NCBI GenBank assembly: GCA_043228905.1
Contig: JBHGNT010000006.1
Span: forward strand, 22,072,001-22,136,000
Length of the DNA: 64,000 nt
From: Azolla caroliniana
Lineage: Eukaryota > Plantae > Polypodiophyta
Direction of reading: 5' to 3'
Shown here: positions 63,130 through 64,000 of the stretch, piece after piece
How the letters are laid out: each line of letters begins with the position of its first letter
Position numbering within the stretch: position 1 is the first letter of the stretch
Program-made: the position numbers and the translations under genes
The notes under the pieces: generated by a model
What the model was told of the DNA's origin: nothing
Databases searched by the model: none
The model's input: only the letters and a program-made list of their open reading frames with translations

Positions 63130-64000
63130 TCAGTGTCGATGAGCCCTAGCAGTATTTGTGGTCAACATATTGATACCGAATTGGCAGGCATACGAACCTA
63201 GCGCACATAGGACGGAAGAGAGAATGAGACCAAACCGCAATGGGGAACGTGTATACAACACCGTGCCTAGAGCTCCACAAAGCAAAGCAAAGCCAATCAA
63301 AATCTTTTGTCCCAATAGGAAGTTTTTGAGAGCATTCCGGCACATGGCACAATGTACAACATGTCGAAAGTAGCGATTGGTCGGGTCCGAGGAGAATGGC
63401 AAACCTGCACCCATAATTGTAGCCCCTTTCATGGGTTGGGATGATGCAATTGCTGCCACTAACCCCGCTGGAGCAGCCTCTACGTTGGGATCTGTGGATG
63501 GGAGCAGGAGTGTCTTGTGGCCAAAATAATATGGCATTCCATGGCCTACTTTATCTAACCACTTCCGATACTCCATCACAAAGACATCCGAAGTCCGAAG
63601 GTTTAGATATAACCGACTTGTGGGCACCTTTTCTCTCATTAGAACCTCGTTCTGTGATGCAAGAAACCCCATGTCTTGCTCTAGCACTTTATTTGACATT
63701 TGGTGGAAGAGCCATTCTGGTAATAGCAACATATTCTTATTTTTTACTCCCACTGTTAGAAAGCCAAACCGAACGATTAGCATAGATTTTCCTTGTCCGG
63801 AAGGTCGACAAAGTAAGATGGCAGTGCCCCTCCTCTCGCTCCCATCCTTCGCTATGATCTTTGTCACAGTGGATGACACACATGGGGCTTGAAAACGTGT
63901 GAATGCGGGGAATCCCTCTTTACTATATTCTCCCCATCTCCCAGCAAACCCCATTGATGTTCTTTCGGTTATCTCAAACTTAAGTGCCCCGGCATTCTCT
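63130..64000 (-). CDS. TIC55: TIC55 (PAO-family Rieske oxygenase, chloroplast inner envelope), 3' part; 5' end outside the window
   Basis: LCRPSGQGKSMLIVRFG, KVLEQDMGFLASQNEVL, YRKWLDKVGHGMPYYFGH, APAGLVA, NRYFRHVVHCxxC and two C-terminal TM segments; frame open to the window edge. Confidence 0.9.
   Translation of the reverse strand, partial: ENAGALKFEITERTSMGFAGRWGEYSKEGFPAFTRFQAPCVSSTVTKIIAKDGSERRGTAILLCRPSGQGKSMLIVRFGFLTVGVKNKNMLLLPEWLFHQMSNKVLEQDMGFLASQNEVLMREKVPTSRLYLNLRTSDVFVMEYRKWLDKVGHGMPYYFGHKTLLLPSTDPNVEAAPAGLVAAIASSQPMKGATIMGAGLPFSSDPTNRYFRHVVHCAMCRNALKNFLLGQKILIGFALLCGALGTVLYTRSPLRFGLILSSVLCALGSYACQFGINMLTTNTARAHRH

Overview
Eukaryotic land-plant nuclear DNA, probably from a fern or another seed-free plant (inferred from element style, not proven). 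Nested LTR retrotransposons dominate it. 1-23.3 kb is a three-level nest. A minus-strand Ty1/copia is split by a 21-kb non-chromoviral Ty3/gypsy element with a ~1000-codon extra ORF. That gypsy in turn holds a second copia and an unusual gag-only element bounded by two unrelated LTRs but one 4-bp TSD. 23.3-30.5 kb is a tandem array of tRNA-Thr genes, pseudogenes and fragments (AGT and CGT anticodons) carrying three insertions or remnants of one copia lineage. 36.7-44.3 kb is an intact 8-exon PERK-like receptor kinase with a very short ectodomain. 45.6-55.2 kb is a copia remnant containing a young chromovirus (TG..TA LTRs, hairpin array in its leader, solo LTR in its chromodomain). 57-61.9 kb is a degenerate copia. 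The window ends in the 3' part of a TIC55 gene on the minus strand. All alignments were done by eye and no database search was run.
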